Shown here: positions 49,901 through 62,447 of the stretch, piece after piece
How positions within the stretch are numbered: position 1 is the first letter of the stretch
Layout: every line of letters starts with the position of its first letter
Assembly (NCBI GenBank): GCA_002633005.1
Contig: NMRA01000231.1
Location: forward strand, 252,082-316,081
From: Phoronis australis
Taxonomy: Eukaryota; Animalia; Phoronida
Length of the DNA: 64,000 bases
Reading direction: 5' to 3'
Translations under genes and position numbers: made by a program
The notes under the pieces: model-generated
Database searches by the model: none
The model's input: only the letters and a program-made list of their open reading frames with translations
What the model was told of the DNA's origin: nothing

Positions 49901-52900
49901 TGAGTCGAAACTGTATTTTTATTCAAGCATTCAAGTCGCCACATTGATGTTTGCGAGGCAGTCAGTCGGTGAATTTTCGCCCTGGGATTTCAGCACAATT
50001 TTCTGTAAAATGATCTTAATTTAACAGCAAAGTTTGATAGCAATGTAATATAATTTTGTAGAAAGTCTGTCATAGGTTACAGATACGTCACAGAGCGTAA
50101 ATATGATGAATCTTAGCTTCCGATTTCACCCGTTTCGGAGACCAGGTTTCAACCGCCTTCGGTCACCATAAGCGCCCCCCTGGGCGGTTATTAGGGCGAA
50201 TACCTTAACTATCAAAAGTCACTATTCTTTAAATATTTTTCAACTACAGTTCATCTACCCACGAAACCATATATTTTTCAAATCTTATGTGATTAAATAA
50301 CGTAGAAAATAAATCTGAAACTAAATAAGGCGATCCAGATCCTCCCAAGGATACTATTGTTTCACAAAATGTAGAATATAAATAGGTAAATAAAACAACC
50401 AGAATGGATCAACTGAAATTTTCGGATGTAGTAACGTCCTTTGTCAACAGAAACAGAAATATTTCAGTTGATCCATTCTTGTTGTTTTATTTACCTATAA
50501 ATTTATATATGATTAAAGAAATCCTCTGTGCACGAAAACAATGCCTTTCTGTTTATAGTCACATTATTGTGTTTTATTTTTAAATTTGATTCTTCAGCAC
50601 GGAGTAAGTTGCAGCTGCCACACACACGTCACAAATTTTGCTCAAAACTGGAAAATTCTATCTCTCTATTCAATCTGATGTCGGGCAAAATTAGCAAGGC
50701 TTATTTAAACAAAAAACCCAGTGGTCAGAAATCAAGGCCACGATTCAGTCGATTTTGGGTCTAAATAGACCTTGCTAAATTTTTTCAGACACCCGATTGT
50801 ACCTAATAGATTATAGCGATAGAATTTTCAAGTTTCGTTTGAAATTTGCCCCGTATGTGGCAGTGGCGACTTACCCTGCGCTGAACTTGGAAAAATCACT
50901 TTTTAAGAACAAACACATTAATGTGACTACAAACAGTAAAAGCATTATTTTTGTGCAGTGAAAGGTCTTCTTGATCATCAAGGACTTGAAAAAATATGTT
51001 TCCATGGGTGACAAATTGTATTTTAAAAGATATTTTCACTTAAGTGTTCTCTTAACAGTTACTGGATGTTTCACTCTTTTAACTAATTGTGGTGTTGATA
51101 ATTAAATGCGTCTCTCATGATTACAGTTTGAAGTGTCACCAGAGGATGACCCTAGTCTTGTATTCACGGGCAGCTCACCATCCAGTTGTCACAACGAGCT
51201 GTTACATGCCATAAATAAACGCTGGTGAGTTTGACTCAGTCAAGTCTAGCTAATCTTATGGCAGGGACAGATCCAGGATTTTGAGTAAGGGAAGGCCAGG
51301 GCAGAGTATTAGCCAGGATTTTGCACGTTAGAAATTTGCACGCCCGAACTGCCAAATGGAATTTGAGAGAATTTTGGGGGGCATGGCCTCCTCACCCCCA
51401 CCCCATATCCGCCACTCTATGGTGCCAGGCTATTGTAAAGAATGTCTTTGTGTAACCAGTTATTCAGGAACTAAAAATTACAAGTCAATGTAATACAGGA
51501 GTGGGGCGCTTTTAATCTACTAGGTGGCGTAAGTGGTATGAAGATAGTACCCTAGTCTGTTAATGCATATAATAAGTGCATGCATTCAGGTTGTCATGAG
51601 GGACTGTTCTCACTCCCATAAGATAAACAAAAGTGAGCTCACTTTCTGTTTGCACTAGTGAATATCAAGTCTATTTTATTTTTTCAATTTACAGTTACTG
51701 AAATTTTTCTATCTGGTAAATTCGTGATCGTGCTCTTTTCTTGCAAGAAAAAGTTCAATTTGTTTCGTTACGTATACAGTCTTCATTATATTGGTTGACG
51801 TGATTAGCTGCAAACATAGATTGCCCTGGGTAGACTGTACGCTCAGTCTGGATGGTGCAAATTTCTGAGCAAACACACAGTCTTTGTTCCTCATATGTCG
51901 TGCGATTTCATGCCCGTACACATCCATTTTGTTAAGATAACAGTTTCCAAACAAGTCAAGACATTTTTAGTTTTTCAAATTGCTCATAATTGTGTTTAGT
52001 TTATTGTGCTTGGAAGTGCCCAGGATTCATTTTGAGTTTTGAATGCTTTTTGTTGCTAAGTAACATAGTGAGACTTTGGTGTCAGGATCTCTTCTTTTAA
52101 GGTTATATAGAACCTTATTGACAAATCTGGGTATTCAACCAAGTATCTACAGAACCACAGATCTAAGTAGTCAGTAAAAAGTATATCTGAAAATAGAAAG
52201 ATTTAGATTTTTGACTTTTTTCTAACAATCTGCCGTTAACTGGGTCACGTGCCCATGTCTTTTCAGTAAAATAGAAACTTTACGAAATGTTAATAGCAAA
52301 ACAAGGGTATCAGTGATTGAATTTTGTTTAATGTCAATGTTCAAACTCACCACATGTTGATCACATCATGTGGCCTATATTTAAGAATGAAACGATCTGT
52401 CCCAACGGGGGTTCGAACCAGGGACTTCCTGCTAACATGCAGTTATTTCTGATATGACGTTCCGGAGTTGGACAAATTTGAATTCAAACTCTGAATTATT
52501 TTTGACATTTTCTGCTCTGCTTTTGTGTGTTCTTAAGATAGGTATTGTATTATTTTGTGCTCAACTACATAATGGTGTTTGTGAAAATTTCTAATTATCC
52601 TAATTTGCACTTGGTGACCTCAACATTAAGCCTAAAAGTTTCAGTCTGATCATGAAATTTGAGTTTTTACTTGAAATTTCGAATTTTCACTCGAGTTCGT
52701 AGCTCCAATCTAGGGGTCACCAGGTGCAAACTTGGACTGGAACCTCATGCATAAAAACACAATGTTCTTGTGCACAGACCAATAGACACTTATCTTGAGT
52801 TCGCACATAAAGGTAGAATAGATAATTCCAAAAGTAATTGAGAGTTCAATTTGGAGTACAAAGATTAGACCTTATTCTCAAGTATTGAATTCATGTCATG

Positions 52901-55011
52901 TTCTCAAAAGAAATAGAGTTAGTTAGGGGGGCTCAACAACCAGCATGGACAGTCTAGCCAATAAGTAAGTCCCAAATGTATATGGGTCCTACTTCAACAA
53001 TTACGGAAATTAGGACCCAATTATACAACCTTTCAGAATTTCCCTTCAAAAAAGTAATGTTCACCTTTTCCCTCCTCCCCCACTTAATCTGTAATCTGCC
53101 TAATGCCACTGTGCTCGACATGTTTATATAAATGAACGGGGAAAATACTATTTGTTTCCCCTGTCGTCTGCACCACTTTGTTTCACAAGTATTTTGAGAT
53201 TCACTCATCACTATATATTAGAGGTGCTGCCTAGAAATCATCTGCCTGAGACTATTATGTTATGAGTTTGTCTGGAGTTCTATGAACGTGCAGTTAAGAC
53301 ATGTGAATTGACTATTAAATTTTAAGGCTTAAAATATTGTTGGTTCTGATTTGCTGCCGACCCTTTTGGAAACCTTCACCTCAAAATGAACAAGTCCCTA
53401 GTACATATTACAACTAACATCAAATGACCACTGGGAAAAAAGAATGACCCACATCCATTTCAGTGGGATAACTTGTATGCTTCTGCATAATATGTGCATA
53501 TTTGTTGTTGTGTGGTTATCTCAATATCAACTAATGCTCCACTTCAGGGGTTCAGAGATTCTTAAAAGTTCAGGAGACCATGGTCCAGGGTTCTTCGGAC
53601 TCACACATCCAGCGGTGCAGAACTTGATACAGAGCTGTCCTGGTGCCAGGAAGTGTAGCAACTATAAGTGGATCAAGTTTGAGGTGTGTCGATCTAGTGA
53701 AGATGAGGCCAATGTACTCCAGCCAGACAATGACATCACTGTCAGCTACGAGCACCTACAGAAGTCGCCACTGTACCTTAAAGGTTTGTATACTTAAAGG
53801 AACAATATCACAACATGGAGTGATTGGGGTACAAGTTCATCAAACTTTTTGAGGCATGGCTCGAACGTTGGCAAAGAACTTTGCATGTCATTTGAAAGTT
53901 TACTCGAAGTGTGCAGTTTTCCGGGTTAGGTCTGTGTTAAAGTTTGTTGGTCTCAGACCCTGATGGGTAAATTTTGAGTACACATATTTACATGAAAACA
54001 AATCTTCAGCAGTTTAAAGTCTTGGACTGGCTTTGCTGTTCTTGAAACGAGGCTTGAAAAGCCCCCTCAGTTCGCTTTCAGAATCGTTTTGCATGTCTGG
54101 GAAATGTCCAAAATGTTGACAAGGTGTAACATCTCACTTTTTGTCTTTAAATGGACCATCCAAATATTCGCAGTTAAAGGGTTGTCAGTCTTGTGTTTTA
54201 GCAGGCATGTGTTATGGCAGTCATGGTGCTGATGGCCAAGTCTTTCTCTTGCAATAATCCATAAAACCTTGATAATTGCTCTGTGGGCTGCAGTGCAATT
54301 TTCAGAAAGCTGTCGTACCACTCTTTCCGAAAGACCCTCTTGTGGCTCTCATTGGACGCAGTCACTGTGGGGCTTTTTTGGAAATCCAGGTATCACTATT
54401 CCCTTGTGATATCCTGTTTTACATATTGGTGGGTGTTTAGAATTTCCAATGGTCACTAACCGAGTCATGAAGTAAAGCAACTTTACATTTCTTGTTTTCA
54501 ATTGTTTCCTGTGGTTGGAATGTGGCTATTTTTGCCTGAGTAAACTCCTTCATTCTTATTCTATCTTGCTCAGAAGCAGGTCATTATTGACTCTCCAAAA
54601 CAATGCTCAATGTAACTTTAATAAAACACTTCACAAATCGGCTGTGTTCAGATCTCAAACGAAATGTCCTTGACAACTGGATACAGCATGGTCAAGCTCT
54701 GTCATCTCTCAAGCTGCTAACTTTGACAAAAGGATTCCCTAAAAGGGATCTTTGATGGTTCTTGGAATTGTAACGTACCTGTTTGTTGTTGTTCTCTAAC
54801 AATTCATTTGCCTCTAGTAAAGCTTGGTTGTACCCTAGGGTTAATCATTGTCCTTGTAACACTAGGTTGAACCTCGAGTCACTCAATGATATTTTGTTTT
54901 TCAGCCTGCTCTTCCCTGTCCCAGAAGACGCCGTCTAGTTCTCACGACAGCAGTTTGAGGTCTCTTCTCAGTCGGAAACCTAAGACAGCATCCTCGTCAA
55001 AGCCTGAATAG
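37986..55011 (+). CDS. TBRG1: TBRG1/NIAM-like protein (HARE-HTH-like, polyQ, coiled-coil, FYRN/FYRC)
   Basis: Phase-consistent exons: 37986-38066, 40408-40544, 41316-41352, 41802-41879, 42255-43310 (polyQ; YRQKYRRLKKVVKYMLF), 44725-44795 (NNAALCDE...ERR), 46292-46467 (YLLKKL), 47321-47460 (PIPLDSAGRPMFPVELGELTIYSVGE), 48516-48662 (FHNTDVIFPEGYCSTRVYAS...CLYTCKI; FYRN), 51127-51224 (FEVSPEDDP...CHNELLHAI), 53548-53783 (GPGFFGLTHPAVQNLIQSCPGARKC; FYRC), 54905-55011 (stop). AATAAA at ~56488. Confidence 0.88.
42434..42700 (+). repeat. Coding CAG/CAA polyglutamine tract in TBRG1-like exon
   Basis: About 70 Gln codons with regularly spaced Leu interruptions. Confidence 0.9.
43906..44050 (+). repeat. 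~45-bp G-rich minisatellite x3
   Basis: TGGGTGTGGGTGGG..GAGGGTATTTAGAGTCTAATGGTTACTG three times, with variable G-run length. Confidence 0.9.
48895..50204. mobile_element. ~1.3-kb non-autonomous DNA transposon
   Basis: Exact 17-bp inverted match TATTCGCCCTAATAACC (48900-48916) / GGTTATTAGGGCGAATA (50186-50202). No transposase ORF. Related end fragment at ~39968. Confidence 0.7.
50205..51054. mobile_element. Long foldback/palindromic MITE with a nested second palindrome
   Basis: Arms 50528-50670 and 50815-50960 are imperfect inverses; outer arms ~50230-50285 and ~50980-51040. Inner hairpin 50380-50500 (AGAATGGATCAACTGAAAT / ATTTCAGTTGATCCATTCT). TTAA at both ends. Confidence 0.65.
51262..51417. 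mobile_element. hAT-like short MITE
   Basis: CAGGGACAGATCC...ATATCCGCCACT ends with near-duplicated flanks (TTATGG / CTATGG). Confidence 0.5.
52470..52860. mobile_element. Degenerate palindromic MITE
   Basis: TTTGCACTTGGTGACC / GGTCACCAGGTGCAAA and TTAAGATAGGT / ACTTATCTTGA inverted pairs. Confidence 0.55.
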
Positions 55012-57668
55012 TGTAGCTGTGTCAGAAATCAATGAAGAAACTGGCATAATTATGTACTTGTATGCTCACGGTTTGCTATACATCTTGTGCTACAATATGA
55101 GTGGAACTGTGGGTACTTTGTGTGTCTTCTGCAGTAGTGATGTCTTGATTCACTTGGCTGGCTCAATTGACAGAGACATCTGATTGGTCCTCCACGATGA
55201 CTTCCGCCTTGCAAACCAATCAGATATGTTGGCCAGAGTGAGTCAAGTGCAACCATTGTGTCTGGTCATGTGGCAAGCTTATCCCAATGTCCAACAGAGG
55301 GCGTAGTTAGCAATAAAAATTGTCTTAGTAGATCAATGACTTCTTTGAGTTAGTCATTCTCCAACTTTTTAAAACTTATTTTTACAAAACCTAAAGTAGA
55401 TTTTCACAGCTGCCCTTTTGGTAACTGTAAACCATTAAAGGGACGATGAAGTTGCATAGGCTGTGCAAAAGATTGTGAAGTAAAAAGGAAGCGCGCTGTT
55501 CTTAGGGTGTGCAAATGTCAGAAAATCCATGATTACCCGAGAGCCTGACATCACCTGAAAGCTAACATTTTGATTGTCACTCAGTTCTCAAATTTCATGA
55601 AGCAGTAGTGTGCTCATGAGATCAAGATGTCGATTGGTCGTGACAGTTGGTGTTTCATGTCTAGAAATTGTTGGTGCCCATTACACTGCTGCCCCCTGTT
55701 GGCACATAGAGATGCTGATATCTCAAACTGGCTGAGGTCGCAACATTTGTTGAATAAGTAAAACCTGCTAGGCACCAGACAGTAGCTCCATCTAGTGTTC
55801 AGTTATGGAATCTGCCTTTTCCATCCCATGGTGCTTTTTGTGCTTAAATTAGACCCTATGTATTTGTTTGCAGCTACAGTTATTTGCCAGTTTTTCCCAA
55901 AACCAGGGTTGCACTCCATAGACCCAGGATGCCTGCTAAACACTTACTGCATGGAATCTCTATTTATGAAATGGAAACTGTAAATTCTATCCCATAATTC
56001 AAGGTCATCGACCAATTACTTTTACGGCCATCATTTTGCTGGGATACACTAGTGAAGTCTCAAGCACATCCTTTTACTGGCATGATTTCGCTTGATCTTG
56101 TGTTTGGTAGATATCTCATGTCCCTGTAATTCACTCCAGTGATCACAACTGGGTTTTTTGAAGTACATGTACTATTAGAGACCAATCTCATAGAGGTGTC
56201 AGTGGTTTATGTCAGGTAGCAAGGGTATTTGGACTTAAAACATGCCTAACTATTTGTGGTTTGGATCTTGACTGTGCACCATCTGTCTAAAAATTGAAAT
56301 TGTTTGTCAACAATCAATGGCAAAAATATAATTGTAAGAATGACTGCGTTGTCTTTGTTTTTGTTATTGTCAAATCGTTTAAGGTTATGTAACTGTGAAC
56401 CTTGTTTACTTTCTTGTACCTATGTGCAAATATCTTAAATTTGGTTAGCTCTAACCTCTCTACAAAGTATCTATTTTCTGAAAAGTGAATAAATTTCCTA
56501 ACAGAATTTATTTTTCTTATTTACTTGTCTTTATTTTTTCACGAGTTATTTGTATTTTATTAAAAAAATTTTGACTTTAAACAGATATTTTAAAAATGTT
56601 CCTCCAGTGATATTGGTCCTTTGTCAAAATGTTGATACCGGCATTTTCGAGGAAAAGGTGTCTCAGATTTTTTGAAATAGACCCTAGTTTTTTCGGAACA
56701 AAGCCTTCAAAAATCAAGAGACATTTCCATTAACCCTGGTGATTGTTATCTCGGGACTACCGGCGCGCTGGCAAAGGTTTGTGGCAACCACGCGTATGTC
56801 TTGAAAAATACGCAAGATTCTATCTCGGGGCAACGCAGAGTAGCTGATCTAAACTAAACGTTGTCGACCAAAGTAACTGTCTTGGCAATATAGGATCTGT
56901 GACAATACAGATCCCAAGTGTGGATTTTTGTGTTTGGTTAAATTGAAAGACAATTTCAACTGTAAAAACTATTTAGAACAATGCCCCGCAATAGTACTCA
57001 AGTGGCAGACAAAATGGCATCCGTCAAAATGCCCCACCCCCAAAAAAGAAAAATCTGGAATCCATACAGAACAGGACTGATTGGCCAACTAACATGATAA
57101 ATAGGTCCTTCTGGAGCATGGGTGTGATGCCTTATTGGCCAATGGACCATAGTCACGTTTTTCTAAAACTATCCCAGGCATTGCAACTCAGTTTTCTGCA
57201 AATGCACATATGTAATTACTAAGGATCGGAAGAAATGAGACAGTGACAACTTGTTTGACATGTGTCAATGTTTATTGCATTGTGGATATTAGAGTGGTCC
57301 TGTGCTACATCTTAGAAATATTCGATTGAAAATGTCATTGGTTAACAGTGAGCGTTTAAAAAATGTAAACGTAAGACTTTTGTTTTCTGTTGGCCTATTT
57401 CGTGCAGTCATTGTGTATTTTGTGTCATAACTCTGAGGAGCAATGAATTCAAGAAATGCTGGTGATATCAAGAGAATGTTTAATTAACGTGTTTGCAGTT
57501 ACAAATCATACGAACAAGATGTTGTCTTGCTACAGTCGAACTACTTGCAAATGAAAACGGATGGGGGTGGTTCGATTATATGGAGGTCAAGCTTCTTTCC
57601 GACACCTGGTTGTCATGGTGCGTTACTTTAGTGGTAGAGCAGTAGCCAAGCCGAGCGCTACTGAGAGT

Positions 57669-60136
57669 CTAGTCTCGGACGAACAGACCCATTCCGCAGG
57701 CAACGAGAGACCACAGATGAGCCCAGGCCGACTCGTTCAGGTTACCGCCGTTGTTAGATCTGATAACGTTGAAAATAGCATCCCTCATTGGCTGAAAGGA
57801 GAGGGCAAGAATTATTAAGGGCTATGTTTTGCTTCTTTTACTTGATTTGAAAATCTTAAGGAAGCTCTACAGAGGTCTGTCATTGATTTCAATTGTTCAA
57901 CTAATCCAAAGTTGTAGCCGAAGCCATACCCCCGCCACATGTACATCTGACTAATTCCTCCAAATACATGTACAAGCTTGAACATCTCGTTACGAAGTCA
58001 AATTACTTTGCTAGTGCACATTGTATCAAAACCTAATTAACAAACGCCAGAAACGGAGAGAACTGAAAAGGATTAAAAGTAGATATTTTTATCACCAAAA
58101 TGAATTTTTTAGTGAAATCAGCAGAACTTTAGGGTGAAGTGGACACAGTGATGGGACTGTCCCCCATGTGCTACCGGATTATGCATTCTAAGCGCATAAG
58201 TATGGACCCCACACAATTTATTTCCATCACTAATTTTTCACTCCCCCTCCCTTGGCCACGGGCATATACTAATGATTCGGTCTTGGACTGAGAAAGTTTA
58301 ATCCGGCTCTGCCTTTTGTAAAAACCTCAAACTGCAAGATATTCGTTTGATTAGTATGAGTGATTGTCGCTGCTTACTCTTGAGTGGACCTCGGGGTCGA
58401 CACCGTAGCCGGGGTGGCGAGAGCCCAGAGTCTTAAGGTCCTGGGCCATGATCTCCGGCCTGTCAAGCTGGTCAACGATGCAGACACGCAGGTTCCTGAA
58501 GATCTTCTCGCCCAAGTCCGTCAGTTCTTCTTCGTTCATCCTGGCGTACAGAGGCTTCGTCTCGGGGTTATTGGCAAAAAGGCTGAAAAGGAAATAAAAT
58601 GGTTGCAAGGGTTCATGGTGAATGTTGAATTATTTTTCTATGTACAAGCCCTGTGTGAGCTTTTGGTTATGACTGCAGGGGTCTATTTGATGAAAAAAGA
58701 CTTAAATCAGAAGTTTGATAAATGCTGAATAAAGGCTTAGCCAAGTAATTATGAGCGCATGGTTGTCCTTAAATAATTTGTAGAAACTAGCTGAGTAACT
58801 GGCAGCAATATGTAGTCTGAAGAGATTTTGCTTTTTTACTCAAATGAGATATGATTTGGTTATTTTTTTTATAAAATATTTGTGCACAGCGTAAGACCAA
58901 ATTTCCGTTTTACTAGGTCTTACTTAAATTTTCACTTCAAATTAGCTGAATAAAGCTTTAGTCAAACAATTATGAACGCATCACAGTCTAAAGATTATAG
59001 AAATTACACCAATAACTTGCAGCTGTGTGCATATTTCCAGAGTCTGCCATTTGATCAAGTGAGATTTTATTTTTCAGAAATAGTTGTGGCTAGCCTAGGA
59101 CCACATTCCTGTTTAAAAAGGCCTGGAACGCAATGAACAGACTAAATTGCAATATTGAAAGTGGTCCTCTGCCACTGAAACTGAATCCAACCTGCTCACC
59201 AGGTATTCTTACGGTTTGTTTGTAAAGATTTTTAATTTCTGTTGATAACAAAGCATTTTCTTTCAGTTTAGAATTTCAAAAAAAGATCAGTCAACTGCGC
59301 GTTACTTCGTCGATTTTTCTTCCTCAAGGCAAAGCACGTCTCCTTATTTGGTATGGCAAGACTTTAGATGTAGCACATTTCAATTATATGGAAAATGTGA
59401 TCTTTTACCTCAAGCGACTTCAAGCAACCGACTGTGACGGCATGAGCGCATTTATCATGAGTGGGATAAGATTAGAAACTGTGGTAACCATAAAGTTTTT
59501 CCTTCGCGTGTATTTCAAAATTGTGAAATTTGAGATTTTTCTGGAAATTTTCTCACGGGAAAGTGGATTATTCTGTACTAGACGTTGCGAGATGGTAATT
59601 TCGTCAGGAACTGTTTAAAAGATATTTTTGACGAGCTTTCGCATTCCTTGCGTCTTACTTTTAATGAAACAGACCTCTGACAAAGTCAGTGTTATTGAGA
59701 GACTGACGTCGTCAGTAATCCTGAATTAACCTTTCCCAGGCCAAATTTAAGTGGATTATTCTAAAATACATTTTATGTACTACTGTTTTTAAAATTTACC
59801 CTAATTTGACTTTTATTGTAAAAACAGAATATTTTTGCTGTTCAAAAAGTGATCCGAGTGAAACTGAAAAGTGTGTGTGAAGATCTACTTCATCTTTCTG
59901 AGGCGCAATTTAAAATGATTTTTATGCGCCCACACATTTGTTACCTGTGTGGTATTTAAAATTATGAAAGACAGGGGAGGTCGCTCCCGCCCCATTCAGC
60001 TGTTGCCCCCTTAAATATCTAGGCAATGTACAACTCACGTTTTTAACAGCTGGTTACCAAGCGGGCGAATTCCACCGGTGCTGGCACTTGCAAAGTCGGC
60101 CCTGACGGCGGCAATATCTTCTCCTGACATGGGCAT
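57669..60136 (-). CDS. Intracellular single-domain globin, 141 aa
   Basis: Exons 60136-60039, 58582-58378, 57791-57669 with introns at the canonical B12.2 and G7.0 positions. LF..NPET C-helix, proximal His in LGSRH, H-helix SAW. No signal peptide. TATAAATA at 60206-60199; AATAAA at 57276-57271. Confidence 0.9.
58676..59126. mobile_element. MITE family A copy with internal ~220-bp duplication
   Basis: GCTGAATAAAG..TTAG..AA..AATTATGA.CGCAT occurs at ~58723 and ~58944, and again at ~62246. Confidence 0.55.
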
Positions 60137-60198
60137 CTTGGCAATAGGGTTTCTTTGTCTTCCCGAGTGAGTGAGTGCTGTATCAAGGCCACAGACGG

Positions 60199-60206
60199 TA
60201 TTTATA
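60199..60206 (-). promoter_or_regulatory. TATA box of globin gene
   Basis: TATAAATA on the minus strand ~63 nt upstream of the ATG at 60136. Confidence 0.65.
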
Positions 60207-61842
60207 CGCTCCGTGCTGGCGATATATTTAGTCGCGTTTGCAGATGCCAGCGTACGAACTCTGGGAAGCTATCTGCCGCTGCTGAGACGAATTGGGTAAA
60301 TTTGGTAGGCGGTCCATGAAAAGTTTAAAGCATTTACGAGGATTCTCTGTGATAGTTACATATGACATAACGGCTCATCGAAGTCATAATTATTTCCTAG
60401 GCCGTTTTTGGGTGAAATGTTGCCTTGTAGTACTTCCCGGGGGGGGTTAAATTTTTGCTGTTGGAATCTTGAAAACACGAGTGTTGCAAACAAGGCCAAC
60501 GGCTTTACGGCAGTATAATACTGACACAAAAATCATCAGTTGTGCTTCTGAAATAATTTGAAACTCCATGGAGTCGATATCGACTCTTTGTCGGTTCATA
60601 TTTCTTGTCTTTTTAGGGTGCTTGATGAAATTTAGCATAATTAAATACCGTGTACATAATTGAAAAAAATGTAGTCAGTTACTACCAAATACAACCTTTA
60701 GGTAGATATTCTGTCTTAACACATTTGGAAACGTGACCACCAGTGAAAATCTCTAGATCTTTTTCTTGAATATATTGTTTTCGTGTTCGCTAATAAATCC
60801 AAAACCTTATGGTTATGTAGGGCCCTAGAGATAACCAAATTTGTCCAATGAAGAATACCATATATCCAAACTCTGGCTGATCGGATTATGAAAGTCAGAT
60901 ATCCTTCATTTACTGTTTTCCAAAATGCGTTTAGTAATCGTTTTTAAAATATTCCACTTTGCATGAGGAGCTGTCAAAAATAGAACTGTTGAGAATTTCA
61001 TGAAAAAAATAGTTGCATAAAACGACATCGAAATGATACTTTAGAAAACTGTAAACGCGTTTTTGAGATCTCGTCCTGAATTGAAATCGTTGTAACAGTT
61101 TTGCCATGACTACATCTTGCTTTTTTGCTCAATTTTACCACAACGACATGGGTCACGTGGTCCTGACAGAGTTAAAATCTATAGTTTTGTAGATATTTTG
61201 TAAAAATGTAGATAAGATCCCACACAATCTTAAACCTATACATCCGGGTCTTTATTACATTTTATGTGTGCAAGAAGTATGCTAATTTCTACCTCCCGGA
61301 CACCATCCGCCAAAGTATTATGCTTTGGATTTCTTCCAGAGTAGCACAGTGCTAGGTGCTTTGTTAATGTTGGTGCCGTGTTTCGATCGTGCACACAGGT
61401 TGAGAAATGCAGTTAGTTCATGAGTAACGCTTGAGTTATTTTTATAATTAAAATTACTTATTGTTTTGGAATTCATTCAATGAACTGCTTTTAAGAGAAA
61501 TTTAACAGATGTAAGCATTGATTGGTGATTTGATCATTTCGCGTTCGTCTGAGATCATGTTTTGTGAAATAATTGAGTTAGGAATGTGTGTAATCTTTTA
61601 GCATTTCTCGATCTTGAAAAATGGCAAGCAAATAAAGTTTGTGTTGAATAAGTCTTCAATATGAAATGTTCTCTTTATCCCAATTAGTCACTTAACGCGT
61701 CACCCCCCTGCAGCCCTATACGAATGAACATTTTTAGTTGTTCTCCGTGATCACGTAGCTTCATCCTGGCGGCAGCCGTTCTGATATTTGTGTACGGATT
61801 ATTTTGAAAACGGATCATAGGCCAATGACGTAGTAAATTTAT

Positions 61843-61845
<3 letters not shown>

Positions 61846-61885
<40 letters not shown>

Positions 61886-61891
61886 TCTCTC
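61846..61891 (+). repeat. (CT)n microsatellite
   Basis: Directly visible. Confidence 0.9.
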
Positions 61892-62172
61892 CGTTCAAGT
61901 TATTGTACACATACATGTACACGTTGTCTGCAGCACAGTAGTTGCCTAAATATCACAGCAAAATTTTCAACTCCGGATACTCCACCGCCTGTCAGAATTT
62001 GACATACCCTTCCATAGCCTCTCTCGCGGTTGACGCTACTCCTGAGGGACAACTGTGAGACGGACCCCTACTTGTGCGGGATTCTAAGCTGCACTAAATA
62101 CAAGTAGCTCAGTTATCGTAATAGGTAATTTGGCATTGGACTCGGTAGGTTACGTTGTGTTGTAGATCAAGT

Positions 62173-62447
62173 CCTGGGAATTGTTTCATGGAAAGTGAAA
62201 TAAGAATTAAAACAGAAATTGTTCTTACCCTTCCCCTTCGCAATTGCTGAATAAAGGTTTAGCCAAATGATTACGAGCACATTACAGTCTGGCGATTATT
62301 TATAGAAATTGTTTCAGTAACTTTGCAGTTGTGTGCATTTTCTCAGAGACTTTGCCCTTTGATCAAATGATATTTAATTATGTTTTTTTTAAAATAGTTG
62401 TTGGGAGCCCTAAAGTCTAAAGTCACTTTTCATGAAACATGCCCGAG
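62173..62447. mobile_element. MITE family A copy
   Basis: TGTTTCATGGAAAGTGA / TCACTTTTCATGAAACA inverted termini; internal sequence shared with 58723 and 58944. Confidence 0.6.

Noticed and set aside
60700-61200. Hypoxia-response elements (ACGTG) upstream of the globin
   Set aside because: A few 5-mers are expected by chance; no clustering.
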